From a virus (taxonomy: Duplodnaviria; Caudoviricetes), in the IMG/VR virus record IMGVR_UViG_3300013947_000026, positions 1 to 64,000 of that record: a stretch of DNA of 64,000 bases. One strand, 5' to 3'. Below are positions 1 through 12,332 of the stretch, piece by piece. The position numbers and the translations under genes were made by a program. Below the pieces are notes generated by a model. The model was not told the DNA's origin. It searched no databases and saw only the letters and a list, made by a program, of their open reading frames with translations. How positions within the stretch are numbered: the first letter of the stretch is position 1; each line of letters begins with the position of its first letter.

Positions 1-2670
1 CAATTACGAATATATGATAATCCTATATTTGAAGGCGCTGGTAAGTCTTTGGTAAACGTTTGGCATTGTTGTTGGAAGTCTTTTAAGAAGATCTATTATG
101 TTACCACAGCTGACGAAACTGGCCAGCCTCAGATTAATATCGTCGATGAAACATATCAACCTGTTGGTACAGAGATTAGTGTAGAACCAGACTGGATTGT
201 AGAAGTGTGGGAAGGCTATAGAGCTGGTAGTGATCTTTACTTTGGCATACAGCCTATTGAGTATCAACACGTAAGTATAGATAATCCTAATAGCTAGAAA
301 CTTCCATACTGTGGCGCTATATATAGTAACACTAATAGTAAGCCTAGATCTCTTGTAAGCATTCTTAAGCCTTTACAATATATGTATATCGTACTGTGGT
401 ATAGACTTGAGTTAGCTATCGCTAGAGATAAAGGTAAGGTTATTAATATGGATATTACTCAGATACCTAAGTCTATGAGTATTAGTCCAGCTAAGTGGAT
501 GCACTATTTATCAAGTGTAGGTGTTAACTTCATTAATCCATATGAGGAGGGTTGGTGTTTTGATCCAGAAACTCTTGTAGCCACACCTGGTGGTAATACT
601 AAGATGAAGGATATTAAGTTAGGATAGTTTGTATATACTCCTGGACATCATTTGACTTAGGTTACAAATCTTTTCCACGGAGAAGATGAGATGTATAATA
701 TAATACCATCTATAGGATCCGATATACAGAAAGTTACAGCCGATCACTTAGTCAGATACAGATATAGAATAAATGGACACTCTGATTCTGAAGTAAGAGT
801 AGATAAAGCTAAAGACCTTATGCTTAAATTTAAGCAAAACAAGTATTACGCACAGAGATGTTTCCTTGAAAGAGAGGATAATTTCTTCGATCCTAAGGAA
901 CCTAGTAAATTTGGTGGAAGAGATATGTATCTGCTTGGGCTTTGGCTTGGAGACGGCACAAAGAATACACCTGAGCTCGAATCTATGGATCCAGAAATAA
1001 TACAATATCTTGAAGATTATGCTTGCACACACGGATTAAGATGTTCTTATAGACATAGGGATGGTAGTAGATCAATAACAATTAGACTTAGTTCTGCTAA
1101 CAACAAAAAGAAAGGATAGGTTTTCTTGAATCCGTTTATAGAAGATCTTAGGTATTTCGGCGTATATGATAACAAAGAAGTGAGCGGTTTACATATAGAT
1201 AATATTGATGATGCTTTAAACTTCTTAGCAGGATTAATAGATACTGATGGAAGCGTGTTTAAAGGAAACGGAAATCATAAAGGATATGTAGAGTTTACAC
1301 AATGTGAATCACATAAAGATATATTTGATTTATTCGTTGACTTAGCGAGGAAATTAGGATATAGAGTATCTGTAAAGAGAAAAAAATCAGTTGTTAGGAA
1401 GATATATAAAAATAAGACCATAACTATTTCTGAACCTTTCTATAAAGCTAGAATATTTGACGGAAACTATGATATACCTACAAAAATAGAAAGAAAGAAA
1501 TTTCATTTTACATAGGGTAGAGTATACAATAAGAACTATTCGCATTTCAAAATAGAATATGCCGGTAGAGGAGAATATTATGGATTTGCTATTGATGATT
1601 CAAAGCATGAATTCTTACTCTCTGATATGACAATAGTTCATAACTGCATTCCTGGAAGAGAGGGCGGTAAGCCTGCTCAGTTTAACCAGATTACAGCGTT
1701 GGATCTTACAATGTCCAATGTGATTGCTGAGTATATTCAGCTTATGGATAAGATAGAAGAGCTCGCTGGTACAATTTCTGGTATTACTCAGCAACGCGAA
1801 GGTGCTGTAAGCTCATCTGAGATGGTAGGCAATGTAGAGAGATCAGTAGTACAGAGTTCTCATATTACAGAACCTTTATTCTGGGTACATAATTAGTGTA
1901 AGCGTAGAGTACTTAATATGCTGCTTAATACAGCTAAGGGAGCTTGGGAAGACACCGGTAAACAAAAGCTTCAATACATTTTCGATAATGGAGAGAGAGC
2001 GTTCCTTGATATTACACCTAAGTTCTACTATGAAGATATGGATGTATTTGTAAGCGATACTTCTAAAGATCTTGAGAACATACAGAAGCTCCAGCAGCTT
2101 ATACAACCCGCAATGCAGAATGGTGCTAGTTTACTTGAGGCGGCCGAGATTCTTACAAACGATAACTTTAATATCATTAAGCAAAAGCTTAAGGATATGT
2201 AGACCAGACAGGAGCAGATGCAACAACAGCAGCAGGAGGCAGAGGCTCAACAGCAACAGCAGTTACAGCAGATGCAGAATGAGGCTAAGCAGCAAGAGCT
2301 TATGTTACAGGAAGCTCAGATGGATCTTCAGAGATATCAGATTGATCAAGATAACCAGACTAAGATAGCCGTAGCTCAGATTAACGCTTATCGTGGTACA
2401 GAAGAGATGGATCAGGATAACAACGGAATCCCAGACCCAATTGAGATCGGTAAACAAGCTATCGAACAGCAAAAGGTTAACCAGGAAGCTTATAATAAGC
2501 GCTACGAAGCTAAGTAGAAGCGTGAGATTGAGGATTAGAAGGTACAGCTCGAGAAGGATAAGATGAAGCACGAAATGGAGCTACAGAAGCAAAAGGACGA
2601 TGCTGCATATGAGCGCGAGAAACTTAAGGCGAAGACCGCCATCCGTAATAAAGTGGTAGGAGAGCATTGA
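1..2670 (+). CDS. Portal protein (5'-truncated by the window), intein-containing, code 15
   Basis: Track ORFs 49, 382, 691, 1126, 1627, 1918 and 2218 are all in one frame, separated only by TAG; the first TGA is at 2668-2670. Crass-like portal motifs VWHCCWKS, EVWEG, KLPYCG, SGITQQREG and a Q-rich C-terminus. Confidence 0.9.
556..1644 (+). mobile_element. Intein (363 aa) with LAGLIDADG homing endonuclease, in the portal gene
   Basis: Starts CFDPETLVAT (block A). Contains VTADH (block B), LLGLWLGDG and FLAGLIDTDG, and ends HEFLLSDMTIVHN followed by Cys+1. Exteins rejoin as EEGW/CIPGREGG. Confidence 0.93.
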
Positions 2671-2672
2671 TT

Positions 2673-4697
2673 ATGAAGTACGATAACAAGGCGTTTCAAG
2701 AGAAGTATGAAGCATGGAAGAATGGTGCTGATTACTGGAAAGATATACGTGGGATTAACCTAGGAGGAGACTCTTAGGTTAAGGAACCTACACCTGAAGA
2801 ATAGCAGTAGATTGATATATAGGTTCAGTCTATACTTAATTCTTATGACGCAGGTAAAGACGTAGGCATTGCCAGTGAAATAACAAAGCCTATTCCATAC
2901 GACGCCCCACTAGATTTTGAGGTACCTAAATTTAAAGGAGGTAAAAATGATAGCAATGACTCTATCGGTTCTTTTGTTCGTAGGCTTGGTCCTATTGTAG
3001 GACAACAATTGACAAGATATGGCTATGGAGATACAGCCTATTATAATGTGATGCGCTAGTTGGCTTATGAGTCTAATTATGGTAGGTCTAATGTTGCTAG
3101 GAAACAGCACAATTATGGAGGTGTTGGATGGAATGGTAAAACATATACAAGCTACAAAACTGATGCAGATTTTGTAAAGGATTATGTTAGATTAATGCAT
3201 AATAGATACGGTTCAGCACTTAAAGCTAAGTCTACACAAGATTACGCTAAAGCTCTTAAGTAGAAAGGTTATTATCAAGATTCATTAGCAAATTATTCCA
3301 GAAATCTAAGAAATATGGATAGCTTAGTTAAAGCGGCATATGCTCACAAAAAAGCAAACCCTAATGCTTATAATTATGCTGTAAATATGGCTGATCTTGA
3401 ATAGGATTATGAAGACGCTAAAAATTATAGCCCGATAGTTATAAATAGTCCTTCTGTCAAATAGCCTGCTACGATACGAGCAGATGTGCCTACTACTTTA
3501 CTTGGCCCTTCTGAAGAGGAAATAAAAGCACAATAGAAGCAAGCTATAGATGCTTAGAGATAGAAAATGTATGATGCTATAACAACTTCTACGTTACCAA
3601 ATGTACTTAATCTATTACCTTAGAATAATTTTGGTAAAGACGCTTATGGGTAGAAGTTTTGGCAACGCAGAGGTAGAAATCTTCATTTTAAAGATGGAAA
3701 AGACGATAGAATTGCAGGTAGCAACCCATTATAGCAAGATAAGCTTAATCAAGGTATAAATTTAGAACTTGGTTTACCTAAAAATTATTTTGCATCTCAT
3801 AGCTTTAAAGATTCTGATGGATTTAATTATACGTTATATGATTTTTATGATGCAGGACAGCTTGATGACGTTGTTGCAAAACCATCTGAATACGACAAAA
3901 GATTATTTGATGTATCAAAAAAGATGTTTCCTGACAAATAGGTGAGAGATCTCATTTATTAGGATATTCTTTATAAGAACGATAATTCCGATTACTCTTT
4001 TAATGATAAGCTATTAAACATGGTATAGTTGTATAAACTTTCTGGGTCTCCATCTATAACTAATAAAAGCAAATCAAGGTATAATATAATTCGTAGTAAT
4101 TATATTCCATACTACAATCACATAAACGCGTATCCAGGATCACTTATTGCAGAATTAGCTCACGCATATTAGTATAATAATTCTATAAAAAAACCAATAA
4201 TTACATTAGATAATAAAAGTATTGGCGGATCAGATTACAAAAGGAAAGGGAGTATAGAACATTAGGCTCATGCGGTAATTGAGCCAAACCTTGAAAACTT
4301 TATAGAAACTGGCGATAAAAAGTATTTAAAGAAAGCAAAAGCAGACGCAAATAAAGAGTATGATAGATATGGCCATTTGTGGTGGGATAAAGGGAAAGAC
4401 CCATATTTGTATCCACCAACAGACTATGATTTTATACAAGCTAGAGATCTCGGATATCAACCAGGACCTGATGGACATTGGCCTAGCAGAAACTACAAGA
4501 CTGGCAGGTATTTAAAATCACCAGTACACCCTACATTATATAAAGGTATTATAGCTGATAATAGTTTAGGTTATTATCCATACTATAAAGATGGAGCTAT
4601 ATACACTAATACATGGAAGGGTAATGAACCTTACACTAATTTACTCGAAAGCTACATCTAGTATAGATCTAATAAAAAGAAAGGAGTTAAAAAATGA
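2673..4697 (+). CDS. Modular virion cargo protein: GH73/FlgJ-type glucosaminidase + zincin-like domain + C-terminal HWPS/HPT domain
   Basis: Open frame from ATG 2673 to TGA 4695-4697 with TAG=Gln. MR(Q)LAYESNYG..NYGGV..GYY resembles GH73; also AELAHAY(Q)..EH(Q)AH and GHWPSR..LKSPVHPT. ATGA overlap with the next gene. Confidence 0.75.
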
Positions 4698-6304
4698 CAC
4701 AGATAGAAAGTCCTAAGCGAAAGATGCAAAAGTAGAACGACTATCAGCGTCATAAGCTCTTTCGTAAGATTAAACGTAGAAGAAAGGCTCAAGCTGAAGC
4801 ATAGTAGGAAGTAGCCGAGAAGTAGTTGAAGAAGAAGTTGAAGTTACCAAAGTTTAACGATGGAGATGACTCAAGATTTGTATATCTTAGAGATATTGTT
4901 GGGCATGATCCGGAATCTGGCGAGGATATACTTAAAACCGGAGAACGCGTTAATAGACGCTTACCGACCGTTGAAGTTAATTAGAGAGATCTTTCTAAAA
5001 TTGATGCCGCAGAACGTAATTAGGAATTAAGAGATCTTAGACAATATATGGGTGATGACGCATTTAATGAATATATATCAAGCCTTTAGACAAAGAAAGA
5101 CATACAAAACGCCCAGTATTAGAAAACGTGGCAAGGTGAAGTAGCTGACGCCATAGATGGCGGAATGACAGCACTTGCTTTTAATCCAACAACACAGCCA
5201 GCTGCCGATGTGTATTTTGCACTAAGAGGAGCAAAGGAATTATCGGAAGGTGATCCGTATGGAGTTCTCGGTATGGTTCCAGTGATAGGAAAATCTTTGC
5301 CAGAAATAAAAAATGTTGCAAAATAGATATATTTTAGCAATAATCCTAACGCTTAGTATCTTAGATATATCGGAGGTAAATTCAAGTATGGATTTGATGC
5401 GAAAATCCCAGATTTGTATAGAAGGTATTTGACTTTGCCAGATATGAGAGGTAGATATACGATCTTATCTCCAATTGATAATAGGTTTGCATACAAAACT
5501 GGCGACGTTAGCCCACTTATAACAAATTTTACTACAGATTACCCTGTTCTTCCTAATAATGGTGGAGATTGGAGCTTAAGACCAATATTAAAGATTCCTG
5601 GGAATACGCTGCTTGGAAAAAATGTTATTTCAACTAGGCCGTCAGACACATTTGTATTCGGCGATAACATCAAGGTCCCAACGAGAAATATTTAGGTATT
5701 TGATAGAAATACAAGCTAGGAATTATACGAGGCGTTTTAGAATGCTAAAAAGAACGGAGAAAGCCGCAGAATTGGTAGATTCCTTTTTGATAAGCCAAGA
5801 GATTATGGCCGTGAATTTGAGCAGGCTTTATTGAAAGCTGCTACTAACGGCGATCGCCCAAGACTAAAAGATTATTAGTTTATGGATTATGTGCTAAGAC
5901 CAAAATATACATCTCAGGTACACGATGTAAATGTATTAAATTCAAAAAATCTTCCAGATGACATTTTGGACGCCATGAGCAACGCTTAGTCTAGAACACA
6001 ACTATTAGATGGTCATTATGAAAATGTTATTTACGATCCATCTTCGCCTGTAGAGTCTTAGTTTAGAAAAAGTTAGGGCATTGTTCTTCGTAGTAAAATC
6101 CCCGAAAATAAAAGAAATTTTAACTCTGGCAAGGATATCCGCATCAAACCATCTAAGCGTGGCACATTTACTAAGGCGGCAAAATCTCACGGTATGAGTG
6201 TACAAGGATTTGCTAATAAGGTTCTTAAAAATCCAAGTAAGTATAGTACTACTATGAGAAAGAAAGCTAATTTTGCACGTAATGCGTCGAGGTGGTCACA
6301 TTAA
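4694..6304 (+). CDS. Modular virion cargo protein with basic N-terminus, possible toxin/ART-like core and conserved crAss-type C-terminal domain
   Basis: Open frame in code 15, ending TAA 6302-6304. C-terminus IRIKPSKRGTFTKAAK..RKKANFARNASRW is a type of small basic domain I recognise from crAss-like phages. Confidence 0.7.
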
Positions 6305-6307
6305 ACA

Positions 6308-6332
6308 TTACTCGGGTTCGACTCCCGAGTAG
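6308..6332 (+). other. Isolated tRNA T-arm-like hairpin
   Basis: TACTCGGG-TTCGACT-CCCGAGTA: perfect 8-bp stem with a canonical T-loop; no rest of a tRNA found. Confidence 0.6.
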
Positions 6333-6378
6333 CGTACAATTAAATAGAAAATATTAACTTAGTTATAATATTATAATT

Positions 6379-7584
6379 ATGGCAAGAAGAAAGAAAAATC
6401 CATTAGGTGATTTTGAAGACGCTTTATCCTCTTTTGGATATGGTAGCCAGGAAGGTGGCGATAGCGTAACAAATATCGACAATCAGGATGTGATTGATCA
6501 GGTATTAGATGACCCTAATGATGATGTTGACAATTTAGATAATCCAGATGACGACAAGTCAACTGAGGATAAAGACAAAGACAATAAGAATGTAACTGGC
6601 GATCCACACGCACACGACGACGATTCGGATGTGCCAGATAATATTTTAAATAACACGTCTACAACAACCATTGATAACAACGAATAGGATAACGATGATG
6701 ACATTGACGACAACGTTGATGATTCTAACAATGATCATACAGCAGATCCTGGAGAGGCAGAACAAATTGGAGCCTTCTTTGACGCATTCGCTGAAGCAAA
6801 TGGTTGGTCTGTTGATGAAGATGACAAACCTAAATCAGTAGAAGATTTAGTAGACTATATTAAAGATGTAGTAGACGAGAATTCTACGCCACAATATGCT
6901 GATGATAGAATTGCTAAACTTGATTAGTATGTAAAGAATGGTGGCAGATTTGAAGACTTCTATCAAACTCAACAGAAATCTATGTCTCTTGATAATATTG
7001 ACATGGAAGACGAATCTAATTAGAAAGCAGTTGTTCGTGACTATTACAAATTGCAAGGTATGAGTGATGAACAAATTAGTCGCAAGATTGAGCGCTATGA
7101 AGATGCTGACATGCTCGAAGATGAAGCAACTGATGCTGTAAATTACCTTAAGGCGTATGAATAGCAACAGCAAGAGTACTTGGCTCAGCAACAGGAGGCT
7201 CAAAGACAAGCTCAAGAACAACAGGCTGCTCAGTTCATGGATGACCTTACAACAAGTATTAATAGTCTTACAAATATCAGAGGTATTGCTATTCCAAAGG
7301 AGGATAGAAAAGCCTTATATGATTACATAACTAGAACTGATGCAGATGGTTTAACACAATATCAAAAAGATTTTAATGGTAACCTTGTGAACAACCTTCT
7401 TGAGTCCGCTTACTTCACAATGAAAGGTGATGCTTTGCTGGGCGAAGCACAGCGCAATGGTCAGACATCTGCTGCAAGTAAACTTAGATAGATGCTCAAA
7501 CATCAAACTAAAAATCATACATCATATAATGTTGGGCATGAAAAACAACCTCAAGCATGGGATATCGCGTCAAAATACCTATGA
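6379..7584 (+). CDS. Acidic putative scaffolding/structural protein upstream of the major capsid gene
   Basis: Track ORFs 6379 and 7180 are in frame via TAG; TGA at 7582-7584. D/N-rich N-terminus, helical Q-rich C-terminus, and typical position. Confidence 0.7.
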
Positions 7585-7602
7585 TGAGATAATTAAATTA
7601 TT

Positions 7603-10005
7603 ATGAATAATACAAGTTCTTTATTAAATAATCTTCAGCTCTACCGTGGTAAGCGATTTGCTGATTTGGTAGATGAAAACATGATTGCTAACGCAATGCT
7701 TACAAAGCCTCATGAGGTAGCAGGCTTGTTGTCATTGGTTTTTGGTACAAAGGATGATGGTATTTCAACTACCATCGACTTGCTTACTGGTGGTCTTGGC
7801 TCAACCATGACTATCGAAAACAGAGAGTATGAGTGGTCTGTAATGATTGATGCTGACCACGCTGTTAATATCCGTTACGCTAAGTGGAACGGAAAGGAGA
7901 TCACCCCTAAGTCAATTACGGATGGTTTGACTCCAGGTATTAATCAGACTCCTATTTACCTTGGTTTGGAAGAGAAGTGGTTAGCACTAGTCTGAGCCAC
8001 GCTAACAGGCAACTGTTAGAATAATTAATTTCGTTAATTGCTGGAAACTCCTAAAGAATTTTAAACCATAGAGTTAAATTAAAAATTATAGATATATGAA
8101 TAATATAAAAAATGGACAATCAGCAGCCAAGCAAGTATTAGTAAAACCCATAAAAGGTTGGGAAGATAAATATTTGGCATACAGTGATGGAAGAATATAT
8201 TCTTTACTTAGAAATAAATTTTTAAAACCACGTATGTCTATGGATGGATATGAAAGAGTATGTTTGTTTAATGATGGTAAAAGATATGAGTATAGAGTAC
8301 ATCGTTTAATAGCAGAAACATTTATTGATAATCCAGATGATCTTCCACAGGTTAATCACAAAGACTTTAACAGAAGCAATAATTGCCTAGATAATTTAGA
8401 GTGGTGTACAAATTATGAAAACATACATTACTCTCTAGATAATGGAAGACTCCATCAATTCAGAAATAGAAAATCTGATGGAACTTACAAAATATGCAAA
8501 GCGTACACATTTACAAATGTTTACAATGGAAAATATTTTACAATAATTGGAATTAGACAAGTCGCAAAACAATTTAAATGTTCCGTTAAAAATGTTTACG
8601 CAATTTTAGCAAAGTATCAAAATACTGGCGCTTATGTTATAAATGGCTTCTTTAAAGGTCTTAGAGTTGATTCTGAATACTTGAAGGTTCAACGACTAGC
8701 CGATTGTGGCGTAGCTTCAAGCGAAGCGAAATGCGAAACATCCAGTAATGGATGAAGATATAGTCTAAACTTTACAGAGATGTAAAGCAGCTGGCATCGC
8801 AAGGGTGCTGGCGGGTGTCGATTAGCGACCGGCACCGAATTATCGGGTTTGTCGGACCTGGTGCAATCCTTGCATTTGACAATGTAAACTTCCAGGTACG
8901 TGTAAATGGTACTCCATATCAGGATGGTAGCACATGGGTATATGAGTGCTACGTAGCAGAAGGCTTCCAGGGTTCTTATATTCCTTGTGAGTATTTGCTC
9001 CCAGGCCGTCAGGTAGACCGTATCGGTTCTGCATACGAGGAGTATAGTGATGAGGCAGATATCATCAACTATCAGACTCCATTTAAGATGCGTAATAGCT
9101 TGATGACTATGCGTCTTACTTATGATATTACAGGTGATGCTTACTCTACAGTATTGGCTATTGCTTTGACTGATCCTGAGACAGGCAAGAAGTCTTATTT
9201 GTGGTCTGATTATCAGTATTGGAAGGCTCTTCGTGAGTGGAAGAAGAGAGAGGAAAAGCAGTTGCTGTTCGCTCATTCTAACCGCAATGCAGATGGTACT
9301 TATAACTTGAAGGGTACTAATGGTCGTTTCGTTCCAATCTCTGCAGGCTTGTTCGAGCAAATTGCTCCAGCTAACGTACGTTACTATACAAAGCTGACTA
9401 CAGAGTTGTTCGAGGATTACTTGTTCGATCTCTGCTACAATATCATTGGTACTAACGAGCGTAAGTTCGTTGCTTTGACCGGCGAAATGGGTATTCGTGA
9501 GTTCGACCGAATCTTAAAGGAGAAGGCAGCTAGCTTCAATATGATTGATACACACTTCATTACAGGTTCTGGTCAAAACTTAACCCTTGGTGGCCAGTTT
9601 ACTACATATCAGATGACTAACGGTATCGAATTGACAGTTAAGCGCTGTGCAATGTTTGACAACATGGAGATGTTCCGTCAGCTTCACCCATTGACAGGTA
9701 AACCATTGATGTCTTACACATTCTTGTTCGTTGATCTTGGCCGCCGTGATGGCCAGGCTAACATCGTTAAGGTATGCCGTAAGGGTCGTGAGTTTGTACA
9801 GTGGTGTACTGGTGGTTCCGTATTGCCTAATGGCTATGCAAATAACATCAATACTATGCGTTCTAATAGCCGCGATGGTTACCAGGTACACTTCCTCGGC
9901 GAGGAGGGTATCATGTTGAGAAACCCATTGTCTTGCGGTATCTTGTACTGTGACGCTGAAGACCAGGAGTCTATTGCAGTTGAGAACAGAGCAGCTGAGC
10001 TCTAA
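7603..10005 (+). CDS. Major capsid protein, spliced (exons 7603-7981 and 8852-10005; 510 aa)
   Basis: Splicing gives LEEKW-F-GPGAILAFDN in frame. EYEWSV, AYEEYS and RLTYDITGDA are crAss MCP-like; position after portal/scaffold. Confidence 0.88.
7982..8851 (+). mobile_element. Group I intron in the major capsid gene
   Basis: P AATTGCTGGAAA (8036), Q AATCAGCAGCC (8118), R GTTCAACGACTA (8687), S AAGATATAGTCT (8755). P1 GTGGT/GCCAC with U.G at the 5' splice site; P10 TCTGA/TCGGA; terminal G at 8851. Confidence 0.92.
8096..8755 (+). CDS. Intron-encoded NUMOD4-HNH homing endonuclease
   Basis: KPIKGWEDKY..SDGRIYS (NUMOD4-like); VHRLIAETF..VNHKDFNRSNNCLDNLEW (HNH). Confidence 0.9.
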   Translation: MNNIKNGQSAAKQVLVKPIKGWEDKYLAYSDGRIYSLLRNKFLKPRMSMDGYERVCLFNDGKRYEYRVHRLIAETFIDNPDDLPQVNHKDFNRSNNCLDNLEWCTNYENIHYSLDNGRLHQFRNRKSDGTYKICKAYTFTNVYNGKYFTIIGIRQVAKQFKCSVKNVYAILAKYQNTGAYVINGFFKGLRVDSEYLKVQRLADCGVASSEAKCETSSNG

Positions 10006-10024
10006 TATTATATATTAAAATTTA

Positions 10025-10066
10025 CAATGTTCAACCCCGTCCTTAATGGGCGGGAGATTGGCATTG
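10025..10066 (+). promoter_or_regulatory. Stem-loop after the capsid gene (mRNA stabiliser, processing site or weak terminator)
   Basis: CCCGTCC-TTAAT-GGGCGGG flanked by CAATG..CATTG; no U-tract. Confidence 0.4.
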
Positions 10067-10086
10067 CAACAACTAATTGAAAAATT

Positions 10087-10839
10087 ATGGTAGTTGAATT
10101 AAAGATTAGAAAGAAAAATCCCTGGGCTGGATTATTGAAGTATAAGCATTGTTTTGATTACATTGCTCCTTATTATACCAGATCCGGGTCGATATACACA
10201 GGTTTAACACCTGAGGACGAAAGAAAATTTGAAAAGGAGCTTGGTTATCCAGAAGGCCATCTCTCTAAAAATTCACCATTCTGGCTTACATTTAGTGTTA
10301 AAGTAGGAGCAAAAAGCACTATCCTTGATGATTCTTTTCCTCGTCAAGCTATGATTATTAAATTCCTTGAAGGGCATAAAAGAGTAGCTACATCACTTGA
10401 CAAGCTTAATGCTGGCAAGGATTATTTGTTAATCAATCGTCAAGCTGAAGCTATTGAGAAGAATAAGATTAACAAGCTTCGTAGAGACGCTATCATCGCG
10501 TTTGGTAAGTTGTCGCTTGAAGAGATGCGTAAATGCCTTAGATTATTTGGCGTTACAGCTGATACAATGTCTAATGAACTTGTTGAGTCTACATTATTCT
10601 CCTTGGTTGATAAACAGCCTAAGAACTTCTTCGATAAATGGGTTAATAATAAGACAAAAGAAACAGAGTTCTTGATTGAGAGTGCAATTGCTAAAGGTAT
10701 TATCCGCAAGGATAGGACGCAATATTATTATGGTTCAGAGATGCTTGCAGATTCATTACAAGACTGTATTGCATATTTGGACGCAAAGAAAAATCAAGAC
10801 TTAAAGATCTCAATCATGAACCAGGTTGAGAATAAATAA
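10087..10839 (+). CDS. Conserved crAss-like protein downstream of the capsid gene
   Basis: Intact 250-aa ORF, A/T-rich start, TAA stop. Confidence 0.8.
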   Translation: MVVELKIRKKNPWAGLLKYKHCFDYIAPYYTRSGSIYTGLTPEDERKFEKELGYPEGHLSKNSPFWLTFSVKVGAKSTILDDSFPRQAMIIKFLEGHKRVATSLDKLNAGKDYLLINRQAEAIEKNKINKLRRDAIIAFGKLSLEEMRKCLRLFGVTADTMSNELVESTLFSLVDKQPKNFFDKWVNNKTKETEFLIESAIAKGIIRKDRTQYYYGSEMLADSLQDCIAYLDAKKNQDLKISIMNQVENK

Positions 10840-10854
10840 TAAAACTAACGACGT

Positions 10855-11571
10855 ATGACGCACAGTGATATTTATACTAAGTTTATGATTGAATATGACA
10901 AGGCAAATATAACTTCGTCATATCCGTCGCTAACTGAATATGAGATTGCTACAATATTAGATAAAGCATACTTAGCTTTAATAGCTCAAAAATTAACAGG
11001 AAATAACCAACGAAGGTCAGCTTTTGAATCTGATGTTAAAGCAATTGAAGATTTAAGACCGCTAATTAAACAAGCTTCATTACACGGGGAACATAGCAGC
11101 ACTGTTACAAACGAATATATTTACAATATAAACTTATAGGATTACTTATATTATGTGTCTAGTATTATATCATTGAATGCTAATAATAGCTCAATTGATA
11201 ATTAGAAGCATATAATACAACACGTAGATCTTGTATCGCATGACAGTGCTAATAAATTTAAATCTACATCGACTAATCTACCTTGGGTTAAAAACCCTGT
11301 ATGTTATATAGATAGTAATGTTATACATGTTTTAATTGATCCGTATGACGTTAAAAGCAATGAAGGCGATATGTTACTAGATTTAACATATATAAAGGCT
11401 CCAGCGAAATTTATAAAAGGAACTAGTCTTGTTGATTTTGGGGATACAGAACTAGAAATAAACGACACAATGGCTGAAGAGCTTGTTAACTTAGCGATTA
11501 TAATGTCTACTGAGATTGTAGAATCCAGTAGATTATCTACTAAATTAAATACTAGACCACTAGAATCATGA
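10855..11571 (+). CDS. Tail ring / head-tail connector-like protein
   Basis: Track ORFs 10855 and 11371 join via TAG. EIATILDKA, FE..KAIEDLRPL and LTYIKAP..TELE motifs; ATGA overlap. Confidence 0.7.
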
Positions 11572-12332
11572 CGCAAGAACAAACTAGAAAACTTGGTATA
11601 GAGTTTGAAAGAAGAATAACAGAAATGTATCCATAGTTTGCTTTATAGGAAAAACTAGACACGGATACAATATATTCGTTTTTAAGTGAATATCAATCCT
11701 AGTACGTCAAGACTCTGTATATAACAGAAGGTCAAACACAAAGTGGTACTAGGCAAGATAATAAAATCCACGATATATTATCTAAGCTTATTAGACATGA
11801 GGACATCAAGCCTTCAAATGAAATAGATAATTGTCAGTTAGAGTTTATGCTTCCTACTGACTACTATATGTACATTACGTCGTATAGTGTCGTGGATAGA
11901 ACTTACAAAAGTAATAAAACTTTAGAAACTTCACTATATCTTGATAACGTCACAATTAAACAAGATGTAGCTGTTAGGTTTTTAGATGTAGCATATAACT
12001 AGAAAGGAATTTTACAGAAACCTTTAGTTATATTAGATTAGGCTAATCAAAGTAGCACTATTAGGCTTATACATGATACGTACACTCATATATCAAATAT
12101 AAATCTTACATATTATTGTTCACCATATGCATTTAATGTAATGAAGTTTAATGATAACGATATGTCTGCTGGAGCAGTTCATAGTTACTGCGAACTTCCT
12201 TATAGTTGTTTTGAAGATATAGTATCTGGAGCAGTAGATATGTATATAACTTAGTATAAGTTCAGGTTGTAGCTTGGAAATAAATAGCAACAATAGCAAC
12301 AACAAAGACAAGAATAGGAGGATAAACAATGA
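11568..12332 (+). CDS. Tail ring-like protein (paralogue), missed by the standard-code track
   Basis: ATG 11568 to TGA 12330 in code 15. LTYYCSP..CELP..EDIV..AV; C-terminal poly-Gln mixes CAA and TAG; ATGA overlaps at both ends. Confidence 0.75.

Noticed and set aside
2200-2330. CAG/CAA repeat as a tandem repeat or CRISPR-like array
   Set aside because: It is the poly-Gln coding region of the portal C-terminus; no repeat-spacer array was seen anywhere.
6308-6339. attP site or full tRNA gene
   Set aside because: No integrase in the window and no 5' half of a tRNA; kept only as an orphan hairpin.
8689-9360. 223-aa - strand ORF and the many other short antisense ORFs in the track
   Set aside because: They shadow well-supported genes on the opposite strand and show no motifs.
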